A program made the translations under genes and the position numbers. Under the pieces are notes generated by a model. The model was given only the letters and a program-made list of their open reading frames with translations. It was not told the origin of the DNA and did no database searches. From Leidyana gryllorum EB-2025a (lineage: Eukaryota; Protista; Apicomplexa), in contig JBLWGC010000042.1 in NCBI GenBank assembly GCA_048772705.1, positions 11,515 to 75,514 of the forward strand: a stretch of DNA of 64,000 nt, in the 5' to 3' direction. Each line of letters starts with the position of its first letter. Position 1 is the stretch's first letter. Positions 1 through 11,496 of this stretch are shown here, piece by piece.

Positions 1-2091
1 CCCTCCTGAAGTGTTGACAGGCGCTGTACAGGAGACTTGTCAGTGATAAACTTCCTCGTTCTGCGCCGGCCCCAGGAACCTCAGGATACACGCCAGAGCA
101 GACAGCCATGGCCTGGAAAATCTCGTTCGTTTCACCAACACATTCCGGCCAAGCATAGAAAGGTCCATATTGGGTAACTCCGGTCGGCATGTTATGATTG
201 GCTGCGTGATCATGAACTTCTTGCCAATGGGTGTCTCCAAGGACAAAGTCGAGGAACTGAAGGGTTCTCATAACTTGACCAACATAATCTGGGACACCTT
301 TCTCGCCATCTTCCAAATCCCAAAGTTCTCTATATTCGGTGAAGTTGGTGGGTGCGTATTTATGGTACTTTTCCAAATTTAGCGCCTCGTGGGCACACTC
401 AGGGAGCTCCGCCCACTTTTTCGCCAGGAACCAATCCTTGAAATCTTCAAAGGGCATCGAGCCTTGGCCATCCACACCGTCTATCAGAAGATCAAAGAGA
501 GGATTCGCACCCGTCCCGTCAATTCCAGTGGTCAAAAACTGCGCCAAAGAGGTGCTGAAGAGTTGCATCGCAGGAGACTCGGGGTCTCCAATGTCTTTAG
601 GCCTCTGGTCCGGCAGATATTTCTTGGGCATGTCGAAGAAGAAGGCGCCCAGAAAGATGCCGACGATCACTTGTATAAGTATCATTGAGCCATAGGATGT
701 TGGGTTCCGGATGGTGTTGCGGAAGGCGCGATACATAATGGCGTACAATTCCAACCACCATTGAACAAAGGAGGATCTGGTAGATTCAGCGATGTCGAGG
801 AGCCCAAGTCCAACTATATGACTCACCGCACTTTGAATTTGAGCTTGGATGCACCGTCCTGGGCCCGCGCCTCCTCGACATCCGCCATCATCGTGTTGTA
901 CTCTAGTGTCTTGACAAAATGCTCTCCCATGGTGATGCAGAGCCGGTCATTTGAGGTATTTGCAGCGCTCTCATCCCTCACGCGGTCGATCTCTCGATCT
1001 CCAGACAGATCCACATCTTTATTCTGCTTGTCGCCCTCATCATCTTCAGATGCACCCATGGGGGTCACCACCTCTGATGCCACCTCAATCAGGAACTCGG
1101 CCGGGCTTGGTGACAGATGTGCTGGGAGACGAAGCTCTCTCGCGAAGTAGTCCGACGCTGTCTTTGGATGTCCACAGTACAGCGTTCGGCCTCGACCCAT
1201 CAGAACAATGTTGTCAAAGAGCTCAAAGATGGCGCTTCTCGGTTGATGAACAGAGCAAATCACGGTTCTTCCCGCTTTGGCTACCATCCGCAACACGTAC
1301 ATAATCTCATAGGCCAAGACAGCATCCAGTCCACTCGTAGGCTCGTCAAGCAGGAGGACTGCAGGATTGCCAATGAGCTCTTGCGCGATTGACAGTCGAC
1401 GCAGCTCTCCTGTGGACAGCCCCTTGTGCCAAACACCCCCAACGCGAGTATCACGGACCCGAGTCAAAGCCAGCTCCTTCATCACGTGCTCGCAAGCTTC
1501 CTCGCGCTCCTTCATCGATATGCCACCGAGACGTAGGGTTGCAGCGAACATAAGTGTCTCAAAAACCGTCAGGTATGGAAGCATCATGTCATTCGCATAG
1601 ACCATAGACAAAGCGCGGTGCAGATTTCGCTTCGAACCCTTGACATTGTTGAAGTAAATAGACCCAGAGTCGCACCGACCCTTAGCTCTGATAAAAGAGG
1701 CAAGTTTCATTTTGGACACGTGTGTACACTGGTTTTACCGATTAGCAATTGCGTTCAACAAGGTGGTCTTGCCACAACCAGATGGTCCCAGGATAGCTGT
1801 CAATTCTCCAGGCCGAGCGATCATAGAGACATCTTTCAGCAGATTCACCCGATGGTCTATAGGCTCGCCGGTTGGCCCCAAGTCACCTTTTTGAGAGACG
1901 AAGAAGCAAGGGAGAAACCATTGAGCCATCCGCTTGTTTCTCACAGAGAATGTATACTTGTCGACCGAAACAGTCACTCTTATGATCCCACGCGTCCATT
2001 CCCCATGGGAACTTTCCTCCTGAGGTTCTTCTGTGGCGAGAGGGAGCACATCGCTCTCAGAATCGGGTAAAGCACTGTGGGTGGCGGACAT
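1..2091 (-). CDS. ABCG (White-family) half-transporter, 3' end outside the window; at least 2 introns
   Basis: Walker A GPSGCGKT, signature LSTGELRR, Walker [12 protein letters not shown] and SVHQP. The NBD precedes the TMD. Intron 1688-1738 and a second intron of about 50 nt below 826 join the ORFs. The frame continues ([25 protein letters not shown]...[10 protein letters not shown]) without a stop to position 1. Confidence 0.92.
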
Positions 2092-2154
2092 GCCGGCCCT
2101 AAATTATTAGTCCGGAACTACCGAAGTTCGATCACAAATGTTCTATTGTCAAAA

Positions 2155-2997
2155 TCAAACTGCCCTCCAGACCTGTCTACGGCGGCCTCTCTGACTAGAA
2201 TTAGCTTCGGCTACATCGACAATGATCCCAGCGTCACTTTCGTGCGCTGAGTGTGAAGGTCTTCGGCCGCTGGGCCTCACGCGACCCCCACATCTACCGC
2301 AAACGTGACCATCGCACCCGCAACAGGGCGGAGCAGTCAGCTGGTGTGGGGGTACAAGATGAGTTGCATCTTGTGCGACAACTTCAGGTTGCTTTTGAGA
2401 ATTGGGAGTTGCAGCTAGAGCTAATTTTGCTTGAGCTGAGAGTGCTTCTCCCTCGTCAGCGCCCACAACGCCGACAGTAGGAGGATTCAACATCTGCAAC
2501 AATGCCTCTGTTCGCTTCTTCTCCGCCCTGTGCTTCACGGCGAGCAGCGCTATGACACCCACAGCAGCAACCACCAGAGCTCCGCCCACACCGAAACAAA
2601 TTAGAGCTGTGCAACTGCTCATTCCCGTATACATTAACGCGGCTGTCGGAGTAGATAGTACGAGTTATACCCACTATATTACTCCACACAACTTACGGTC
2701 ATTTGCATTGATAGTCACTCCACCACTTAGCGCGCGTTTGGCTTTAGGTGTGGGCTGACCTGCGACAACTTCGATGTTGGGAGCAAGTACGTGGAAGTTG
2801 TCCACTCGCAAAGTAGACCCTGATTTTAGGGCCTGTGCGATGGCATCACGTGCAACGGCGTCTGGAGCCAACGGCTCAACGGGCTCGACCTCTTGCTGTG
2901 ATAACCCACTCTCGATGGGGAACGAATCGGCGGAGCTCGTTATGGGCTGGTTCCATCGGCTTTGCAACTTGTTGGCCCAAGGGTGAGGGGTAGCCAT
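2155..2997 (-). CDS. Hypothetical single-pass membrane protein with a Cys cluster (CCGCDGHVCGRCG)
   Basis: ORFs 2674-3021 and 2155-2634 join in frame through GT-AG intron 2643-2696. Hydrophobic segment ALICFGVGGALVVAAVGVIALLAV. Confidence 0.6.
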
Positions 2998-3043
2998 TGT
3001 CTCAGAAAAAAGATTTAACACTTACTTATACAGAGGTGCATTC

Positions 3044-3949
3044 ATGTTTGCACCCCCCGGTGGACGCAAGAAGATGGGGGCCAAAAAGCCCACACATCCT
3101 CCGCAGAAAGACCCTGAACTCTTTCCCCCGGTTGACCCCAACCGTCAATTGAAATCCGAACCAGCCATTACATCAGACTTTGAACCTTCCAGACGCAGCG
3201 TGTGGTACCGAGTCAAACAATCCTCCGCTGACCTGTTGGATGACGCCACGCGTGTGTTGAGCACGCGCACACCACAGGGACTTCATACAACTTCTCCAGA
3301 TACCGAACATGCTATTAGAGATGTACACCGGATGTATCGGCGATATGGCCGCGAATTACGTGGGTGTCGTACACTAGACGACTGGATTGACCTTAATCGG
3401 AGAGAATTTGGAAGTGGTTTGGCCGGAGGCGAAAATGTAAGCACAGTCAAGTCATAGAGCCCTCTCACTCACACGCCCTTATCGCAGCTCATAACAGGTA
3501 CTATCTTTGGATATTGCTCGGGTTTCGCCGTCCGGGCACTGTCCAAATCGGCTGCCCTTCTTTTCGGGTGAGAATGCTCGTCCATTGCTCGACGGTCATG
3601 TTCCTCCAAATGTTCCAGAATCGGATACATCGGGATCCAGTATCTAAATTATAGGGGTTGGGTTCAAGTGCGATGGTCGAATGTCGTACGACGAATGGAA
3701 AATGGGCTCGACCTTAACCGGGACGGTATCGTGGATAGACGAGGTAAGAACTGGTACGCGTTAGCGTGTTCACTTCTCTTTCTCTCTCTCCAAGACTTCG
3801 ACCTGGCAAAGGAACGATTGCTCGAGGTCTTGACCTTCGGATTGCCCAGTGAGTTGCCGAAGCATCCATCCCAGTATATTTCCTTCATCGCAGGTACTTG
3901 CGGCTTCATGTTAGGCTTCACGTGGGGATGCAGAGGGAGACTTTGGTAG
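3044..3949 (+). CDS. FUN14 family (FUNDC-like) mitochondrial outer-membrane protein
   Basis: Spliced translation LITGTIFGYCSGFAVRALSKSAALLFG..IGIQYLNYRGWVQVRW..DLNRDGIVDRRD..LTFGLPSTCGFMLGFTWG matches the FUN14 pattern; four short introns. Confidence 0.75.
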
Positions 3950-3957
3950 CCTGTACA

Positions 3958-4912
3958 TCAGAAATTCTTCTGTTTGGGCGGCGACACCATCTCTTTGATC
4001 AACTTGAGGGATTGTCTGATCGAGCCCTCTGGGGTGCACAGCTCTTTCCTCAACATATCTGTGCCGTGGCCTATCAGAAAGATGGTGAAGAAGAAGCCGA
4101 AAGTCAGGTGTTGGTCGCTTGGTGGAACAAACTTGTCAGCCATGTAGTCTTCATCCCGCATGTAGGCCAACACGTCTTCCTCTCGGACGGGTCGTGCAAA
4201 CCAGCTCATCGGGAAGCCTGGCTTTGAGGACAGGAAGGGCCAGAAGAAGTCAGCTGGGAAGCTGTAAATCATACTGCCACTGATCCATGTGCTCCAGCCG
4301 AGGACAGCGTGAATTGCGACCCAGAAGAGAAACATCTGTCGTAAGGAATGGGGAGTGAATTTCAGACCGCGCGGTCGGACTCACCTCCAGGAGACTCAGT
4401 AGCTTCTTAGCGGTGGCATAGACTCCTTGTTGTTGGTCTGCGCCACCACCCGTCAAGCCCCCTGCGATTCTCATCATAGCCGCTTCCTTTGCCTCGGGGG
4501 TGGAGGCCGTCATCAGCTCGAGAAAGGCGCTTGCGCCCTTCGGTTGTGGCGGTGTGGTGCCTTGAGCCCGGTGATACCGTAGCTTCTCACCGATTGGGAG
4601 CCCCTCAAAAACCATTAACCACCGGGCCTCCAGCTCGGGCAAGCGTCGTTGGGCTTTGGCATACTGCACGAAAGTATCGGGAGAATTGGTGCCAGCAATC
4701 TCCTCTCTACATTCGACGATATCCACAAAAAGCGGGTCGTAAGTACCATCCGCTCGCAGTTCCTTTGCCGTGAGTCGCTTTACTGTGGACGCAGCATTGG
4801 GGTTCTTGCGTCTCTCTTTCTCTTCTGCACGAGAGAGGTAGCGATGGGCCAAGCGACGCAGAAGACATGCCGCAATGAGGAGTACATGTAAGACGTCGCT
4901 CGCGAGCAACAT
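3958..4912 (-). CDS. GET1/WRB-like ER membrane insertase subunit
   Basis: N-terminal TM, coiled coil with NSPDTFVQYAKAQRRL (GET1-like motif), and two further hydrophobic segments after one intron. Confidence 0.55.
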
Positions 4913-4984
4913 TTGGACTTTTTTGGACAGCGCTTTCTGCATAACGGTTGACGGAGACCACGCACAGAACACACGGCAAAGCAT

Positions 4985-5631
4985 TTATCGGTTGGCCTTG
5001 GCAACACGCTCGATTTCGTCCTTCTTCTTGATGGCATAAGAGTTCGAGCTCTCCTTGGCACAGTTCATGATTTCATCAGCCAAGCACTCCGCCATGGTCT
5101 TGGTGGAGCGGAAGGCGGCCTGACGGGCGCCCTGAGTGATGAGGTAGATGGCCTGGTTGACGCGACGAAGAGGAGAGACATCAACAGCCTGTCTGCGGAC
5201 AACACCAGCAGACCCGATACGGGTGGAGTCCTCACGGCACCCACCCTTGCGGACGGCATCAGCAACGATCTGGAGGGGGTTCTTGTCAGTCATCAGGTGG
5301 ATGATGGCAAGAGCATCCTTGACGATGCGGATAGCCTTAATCTTCTTGCCGTTGTTTCTGCGAAAAGGAACACCATGTGTGGGCCAAATCACTGTAGAGA
5401 GCCATACCTGCCGTGCATCATGAGAGAGTTGACCAAACGCTCAACGATGGGGCACTGAGCCTTGCGGAAGCGCTTCTTCTGCCAGCGACCAGCGGTATGG
5501 GGAGTGTAGACCACAGCACGGCCTCGGTTGGCAATGTAGTCAGTGAGGGAAAGGTCACTGCACTCCACATCGGTGGAAGTGTACTTCCCGAAAAGACGAA
5601 CGTCGGTCTCGTCGAAAGTGGCGGACTCCAT
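4985..5631 (-). CDS. RPS5: 40S ribosomal protein S5 (uS7)
   Basis: [28 protein letters not shown]...[11 protein letters not shown]. Coding intron 5358-5407. A 5'UTR intron (5632-5680) ends directly before the ATG. Confidence 0.97.
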
Positions 5632-5801
5632 CTGAAGATAACCACAATACGACAATATACCTTAAGATTCGGCTGCTTACCTCCTGTTTAGGCTCGCAGG
5701 CGCTTACAAAAAATTTAAAAACACCCAGAAACTGGGAACCCCATTCCGTTTTATTTCACCATCCTACTCGCTTCGCGGCATGCACGTGCATCCGAGCAGG
5801 G

Positions 5802-8418
5802 ATGGACACTAATCCCTTTGGAACATCAGCTGCAGCTAAAGCGGCTGTTGATGAGGCCTTGGCTCCAGCCAAACAAACCCCAACGCTTGCTAAAAAGGAT
5901 AGTCAAACGGAGACACCAGCCCCAGAGTCAGCGCCCCATATTGCCTTACCCCCGGGCAGCTTACAGGCAGCCATCACCTCAGCAGGCCCCTTACTGGAAC
6001 AGATAGGCGAGCAGATAGCACATCAGAGCGATACCACAAACAATGAGAACACAGTCGAGGCCAAAGAGATCACGCCCCCGAAAGCACCTCAGCGACCGAC
6101 AAAATCTGCTCCCAAACCTCCGCCCAAACAACCTTTAAAGTCGGCAGCGAAAGCAGCCAAGGCGAACGAGCCCACTGCTCGCCAGGTTACCTTTGAAGCC
6201 AAAGCGCCTACGGCTGCACCGGAGGAGATCGTCGCTTCACCCAAGGAACCTGTAGCTTTTGCAAAGGAGCCCATAGCTGCGGCAAAGGAACCGATCGCTG
6301 CGGCAAAGGAACCGATCGCTGCGGCAAAGGAACCGATCGCTGCGGCAAAGGAACCGATCGCTGCAGCAAAGGAACCGATCGCTGCGGCCAAGGAGCCTGC
6401 CGGTACAGCGAGAGAGACAGGACCAATGATTCAGACAGGGTCAATTCTGATGCGTGCCAATTCCCCACCCATCTATGATCGATTAGGATCTGATTCGTTA
6501 CCCGCCTCCCCGATCTTTTTGGAGGTGCGAGGGGTGTTAGAATTAGTCAGAGCATTTGGCACAGATGGTATGATGATTGTACAGAGATAGTTCAGGTCAC
6601 ATTCTTGGTGTTCGTAGGCGAGCCCATCGATGAGGGGGCGGTCGTTCGTAGTCTGTTTGCTGGACGCCGATTCCGCCGATCGGGATCGTTGACAAAGGAC
6701 GCGGGGCCAAAGAAAGGTACGGCAGAGACTCACTCATTTTGCCCGCACATACTCCTCCTATTGCTCTCAGAACCCTCGACGAAGAGCCAGCCTTCTATAG
6801 ACTTCTCTGAACGCCGGAGAAGCTCAGGAGATCCCTTCTTGGAACATCTCAGAGAGTACAAAGCATCTGAACCGACCAAAAAGGGATCACTGGAGCGCAG
6901 TCGATCTCTATTGTCCTCGCTCTTATCAAAGGGGCCCAAGAAGTCTCAGTCTCTACCGAAGCGGGGCGTGTCGAGCTTATTCAAAAGCGCTGCCAAAGCT
7001 TCTGGTGAGACTGGCCCGCCCAAAGCGGGGCCTCCGAGTCCGAAAGCCGGTCCTGAGGCAAAAGCCCCGGCCGAAGAGACATCTCCCGAAGATCAGGACA
7101 AGCCTCAAGACGGGGATGAGACTCCCAAGCAGTTCCCAGTCAAGCCGGCCCCCGCCAAGAAGGTGCCGAAGAAGATGCCCGATGATGGTGTTGAGACCGC
7201 GAAACGGAGAGCAGAGGAGGCCAATGCGATAGCCAGAGCCGCGAAAGCGGCTGAAGCCGCAAAGGCGGAGGCAGAAGCAGAGGCTAAGAGGGCTGCCAAG
7301 GCAAAGGCCAATGCCCTTAAGCCCAGGGTACCAACTCGGTCGGCAACCTCACGGAGGTCTCCGAGTCCATCACCGCGGGTGGCCATTGAGGCGAAACAAG
7401 AGCCTCCGGCTAAAGCTAAGCCGAAAAAGCGAATGCCAAGATACGGACCTCATGTGGCATTGACTGGGGTTGAGTTACGATATCAGCGGGTGCTCGATCG
7501 ACTGAATCTGAAACGAGGTCGCAGTGGGCCAATCGTCAAGAACCGCGAAGTGAAACGTGCCGCCTCGGCTCGTCCGAAGCGTATGGGTACTAATGTCGAT
7601 GAAGGTCTCAAGGCGATCGGAGCAATCCGGGGTGGCAATTTCGAGATGCTCCCAGAGAAGGAGAAGATCAAACTGATTCATGACGAGTTGGAGCAGGAAG
7701 CTCAGAAGCGTATGGGGCGAACACGGCGAAACTTGAAGCCCAGTGTACCGGGTTATCCGTCGAGACCCAAGGGAGACAAAGTGCAGGGCGCGACTCTGAT
7801 TGTGCCGAGCTCTGACTCCGAAGCGGCAATGACGCCTGTGACACCGGGCACCGAAGCACTCGGTAAGTGGGGAAGACCGTTCAGCATTCACATACTGATC
7901 ACTCAGAAACATTCAAAGAGGCTCGCGAACAAGGAATGGGCATTCAGGAGGCTGCTAACAAAGCCGACAATGTTGTGCACACGCCGCCTCCCGCATCGGA
8001 AGCGGAAGGAGCGCCGCCTGAATCGAGCATTGCCGTCAGCGAAGCGATTAGTGCTGAAACTCATCCCATGACGAAAGAGAAGGAGAAAGAATGGCCGCTG
8101 CTGAAGGGAGTTATGCGTGCCCCATACGCCATGGAGCGTGAGATATTACCTCAGTCCAGAGACGCAGCCGCTCGTCGACAACAAGAAATGGTAATGCGGC
8201 GGTCGATTGAGGACAGTCTGAGACATGAGATGGAAACTGAAATTCGCCGAGCAGTGGCGGACGCCGAGCGTCGAACGGCGGCCAGATTAACACAGGAGTA
8301 CGACCTGCGGAATCGTTTGGAGGAGGTTGTCGTCTCAGAGCGACGTCGGCCGAGGAGGAACTTCTGTTCGACTTTGGTTCGCACCTGTTGCGAGTTTGAA
8401 GCTCCTCCTTCAAGATGA
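5802..8418 (+). CDS. Low-complexity Ala/Lys/Pro/Glu-rich protein with KEPIAAA repeats, a coiled coil and C-terminal cysteines (possible pellicle/cytoskeletal protein)
   Basis: ORFs 5802, 6605 and 7867 join in phase through three GT-AG introns of about 44-54 nt; ends RNFCSTLVRTCCEFEAPPSR. Confidence 0.7.
6243..6398 (+). repeat. 21-bp coding tandem repeat (aaggaaccgatcgctgcggca), about 7.4 copies, encoding KEPIAAA
   Basis: Directly visible in the sequence and the translation. Confidence 0.95.
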
Positions 8419-8455
8419 GTGGCACAGTTTTTTTGGGTCGGCCGAAGTGGCCAAG

Positions 8456-10134
8456 ATGGGGAAGAACCGCCATCAGAAGGATAAACTCTATCTAATTCCA
8501 TCAGAATATGCTGAATTATGGGGTGGATGCAAAGCTGGGCAACGGAAGTATCCGTTTCGGTCATTGCCGTTCTACTGCTGTGGCCTAACATTGGTGCCGT
8601 TCAAAGACCCTGTGTGTGTCAAGGGCGGTGGAGGGATAGTGTTCGATAAGGCAGCAATTCTGAGTTGGTTGACCAAGTACAAGCAGAATCCAGTGACTGG
8701 CGAGCCTCTGAGTCGCAAAGATTTGATAGAACTGACATTCCACAAAAATGCCGACAATGAGTATCACTGTCCGGTCACCTATAAAGTCTTCAACGAGCAC
8801 ACTGACATAGTAGCTAATGCGAAAAGTGGCCACGTATATAGCAAAGACGCCATCGACGAAATATGTCGCAAGGGCAACACTTGGCTGGATTTGTTGACCG
8901 GAGAGAAGTTCAGTCCCAAAGATCTGATTACTATTCAAGACCCCCACAACTTTGACACTCGCAAGGTGGAACAATTCCACTTTGTCAAACAAGATTTGAG
9001 CGTCGACGAGTTCCGGTTAGGCGAGAACGACATCCAGCAGAAAGATGGCACTATCATTCAGAATTCCAGCGTCCTTCTGCGAGAAGCCCTGGAAACTGGC
9101 CTGGCAGCTGGAGAGAACCGCAAACGTATTCACCAGCAGTTGATGGGAGACATTGACCCAGAAGTACGAGAGGAACACGAGCGGTCGCGGAAGAAGAACA
9201 AACTCCATTCGCTCTACACAACCGCTGCTCAAGCCGCCTCTCTTACCTCCACAGTGGTCACAAAGAAAGTGGGCACTGAGTACCGAGAACTCACTGATGG
9301 AGAGGTCAGAGAAGAGTTATACCAGACTGTGCGAGCAAAGAAACTGAAATGGTACGTTGCTCTCTCCCAACACCTTTCTAATGACATACAATCGCTCTCA
9401 GTCACGTGAAGCTGGTGACCTCGCTGGGGGCACTCAATTTGGAACTTCGATCCGATTTGGTCCCAGAGGCAGTCCACAACTTTATGCTCCATGCTAAGAA
9501 TGGCTACTACGACACCACCATTTTCCACCGGTAAGTGGCTGTGACTCTCTCTCCACCTTCGACTCACGTCTTCGTCGTCTTTAGTCTCATCAGACGTTTC
9601 ATGATTCAAGGTGGCGATCCAGAGGGCACCGGTAAGGGAGGCAAATGTGCCTTCCCAGGGCAACAGTACTTTGTGGACCAATTCCACCCCGATCTGCGGC
9701 ACAATAAAAGAGGCGTAGTGTCGATGGCCAACTCCGGTATGGACACGAATGGGTCTCAGTTCTTCATCACCTTTGGCCCTTGTGCCCATCTGGATGACAA
9801 ACACACCGTCTTTGGCATGGGTGAGTGATCAGCTGATAGCGTGAAAAACTGGTCGTGCAGTCGTCGACGGATGGGAAGTCTTGTCCAAGTTGGAAGCCTT
9901 ACCAACGGGGAAGAACGACAAGCCGGAGAATCCCCCTCGGATAGTTGGAGTCATAGTGTACACAGATGCATTCGCTGATGCCGACGCCATCATAAATGGT
10001 GTCAAACTGGACAAGGATTTGAGTGCCAAAGAGCTCAACGCAAAGGAGAAGTAAGTGGCTTTCAATCGGGTCGCCTCAGATTGTTATTAATGCGCAGAGA
10101 AGCCTCATTGGACTTCATTAAATCACTCCAATAA
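8456..10134 (+). CDS. PPIL2: U-box/RING + cyclophilin peptidyl-prolyl isomerase (PPIL2/Cyp60)
   Basis: [13 protein letters not shown]-terminus, U-box ([19 protein letters not shown]) and cyclophilin motifs [15 protein letters not shown] and [23 protein letters not shown]; four short introns. Confidence 0.93.
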
Positions 10135-10203
10135 TTGTATTGTCTCGGAAAAAAATCGGCCGATTTTCGCCTGTAAACTTCTTTTCTGCTAGAGAGGCTC
10201 AGG

Positions 10204-10583
10204 ATGGCATCTGGTCAGGAGAAGCAACCGAAAAAGGAGCGGAAGCCCCGTGTGCGCTCCACCGCCACCACCAAGCGTGCCCCCGCCGCTTCCCGTAAGG
10301 CTACTCCCGTGGCCGTGCAGACCACTCGCACCAAAGTAAGCGACTCCAACATTATATACCGATATTTCACATCGCTCTTCAGCTCTGCCGTGAGGTCGTG
10401 AGAGAGGTTGCCGGTTTCGCTCCCTATGAGAAGCGTGTTATGGAGCTTATCAAGATCGGTTCCGCTTCCTCCCATAAGAGAGCCCTGAAGTTCTGCAAGA
10501 AGCGTCTCGGAACTCACCTCCGTGCCAAGAGAAAGCGCGATGACATGGTCAAGGCTGTTGCTGCCCAACGCCACCGTCACTAG
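10204..10583 (+). CDS. RPL36: 60S ribosomal protein L36 (eL36)
   Basis: [18 protein letters not shown]...[21 protein letters not shown]; intron 10336-10382. Confidence 0.93.
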
Positions 10584-10681
10584 ATGGTTTCTGCTTGCAT
10601 CTGACTCAAACTGAAAATGCTCCTTTGTCTGAACTCCTAGCGAGCCAGAATTGCCAATTGGCCTCGGTGCGCCCAACAAAG

Positions 10682-10900
10682 TTACGCCTCTGTAGGAGGA
10701 GTGTAGAACTGACTGAATTTCTCCTCCGGTCTCCCTCTGCCGATCGACAGTTGTCGTCGTCGCCTATCGCAACACTCCCATCTCAACATGGCCTTGCGAC
10801 AGGCATCGTGCTGCTGGACTACCTCGCTCGCACTGTTGCGTTGCGGACTCACCAAGCTCAGAACGTAGTTAGCAGTACAGGAGAACCAAGGAAGGCTCAT
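10682..10900 (-). CDS. Possible small hypothetical protein (72 aa)
   Basis: ATG-initiated ORF filling the only gap between RPL36 and RPL36A in an otherwise saturated region; no recognisable motif. Confidence 0.25.
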   Translation of the reverse strand: MSLPWFSCTANYVLSLVSPQRNSASEVVQQHDACRKAMLRWECCDRRRRQLSIGRGRPEEKFSQFYTPPTEA

Positions 10901-10995
10901 TGATCAAAGTTAGAATTGTTAGACAAAACACTTAACCCAAAAAAGTTAATTCTTTTCTGGGCGCTCGGGTCTTTGATTCGTGTGGAGTTGGCAAT

Positions 10996-11400
10996 ATGGT
11001 GAGTGTGGGAGGCTGTAAACGTCAGAATACCGTTTGTAGGTGAACATCCCGAAGTCTCGGAAGACTTTCTGCCCCGGCAAACAGTGCCGCAAGCACCAAA
11101 TGCACAAAGTCTCTCAATACAAGAAGGGCAAGGATTCCATCTTCACCCAGGGAAAGAGACGTTACGACAGAAAGCAGCAGGGTTTCGGAGGTCAAACCAA
11201 GCCCATCCAGCATAACAAGGTCAAGACCACCAAGAAGATTGTCCTCAAGCTCGAGTGCTCGGCTTGCAAGTATAAGCGGTAAGCAATCAGATATATCTTG
11301 ACGGGACCAATCTTCTCTTTTCAGCCTTCTTGCTATCAAGCGCTGCAAGACCTTCGAGCTCGGTGGCGAGAAGAAGTCTAAGGGAGGTCCATCTTATTAG
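10996..11400 (+). CDS. RPL36A: 60S ribosomal protein L36a/L44 (eL42)
   Basis: ATG, intron 10999-11039, then [11 protein letters not shown]...[18 protein letters not shown]...[10 protein letters not shown]; second intron near 11279-11324. Confidence 0.97.
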
Positions 11401-11496
11401 GCGCCTCATGCTTGAGAATTATTTTTCTCCATGTCAATCCGCCTGCCACCCACCAACTAACATCGAAACTGACCCGATGAACATCAAGTACATCTC

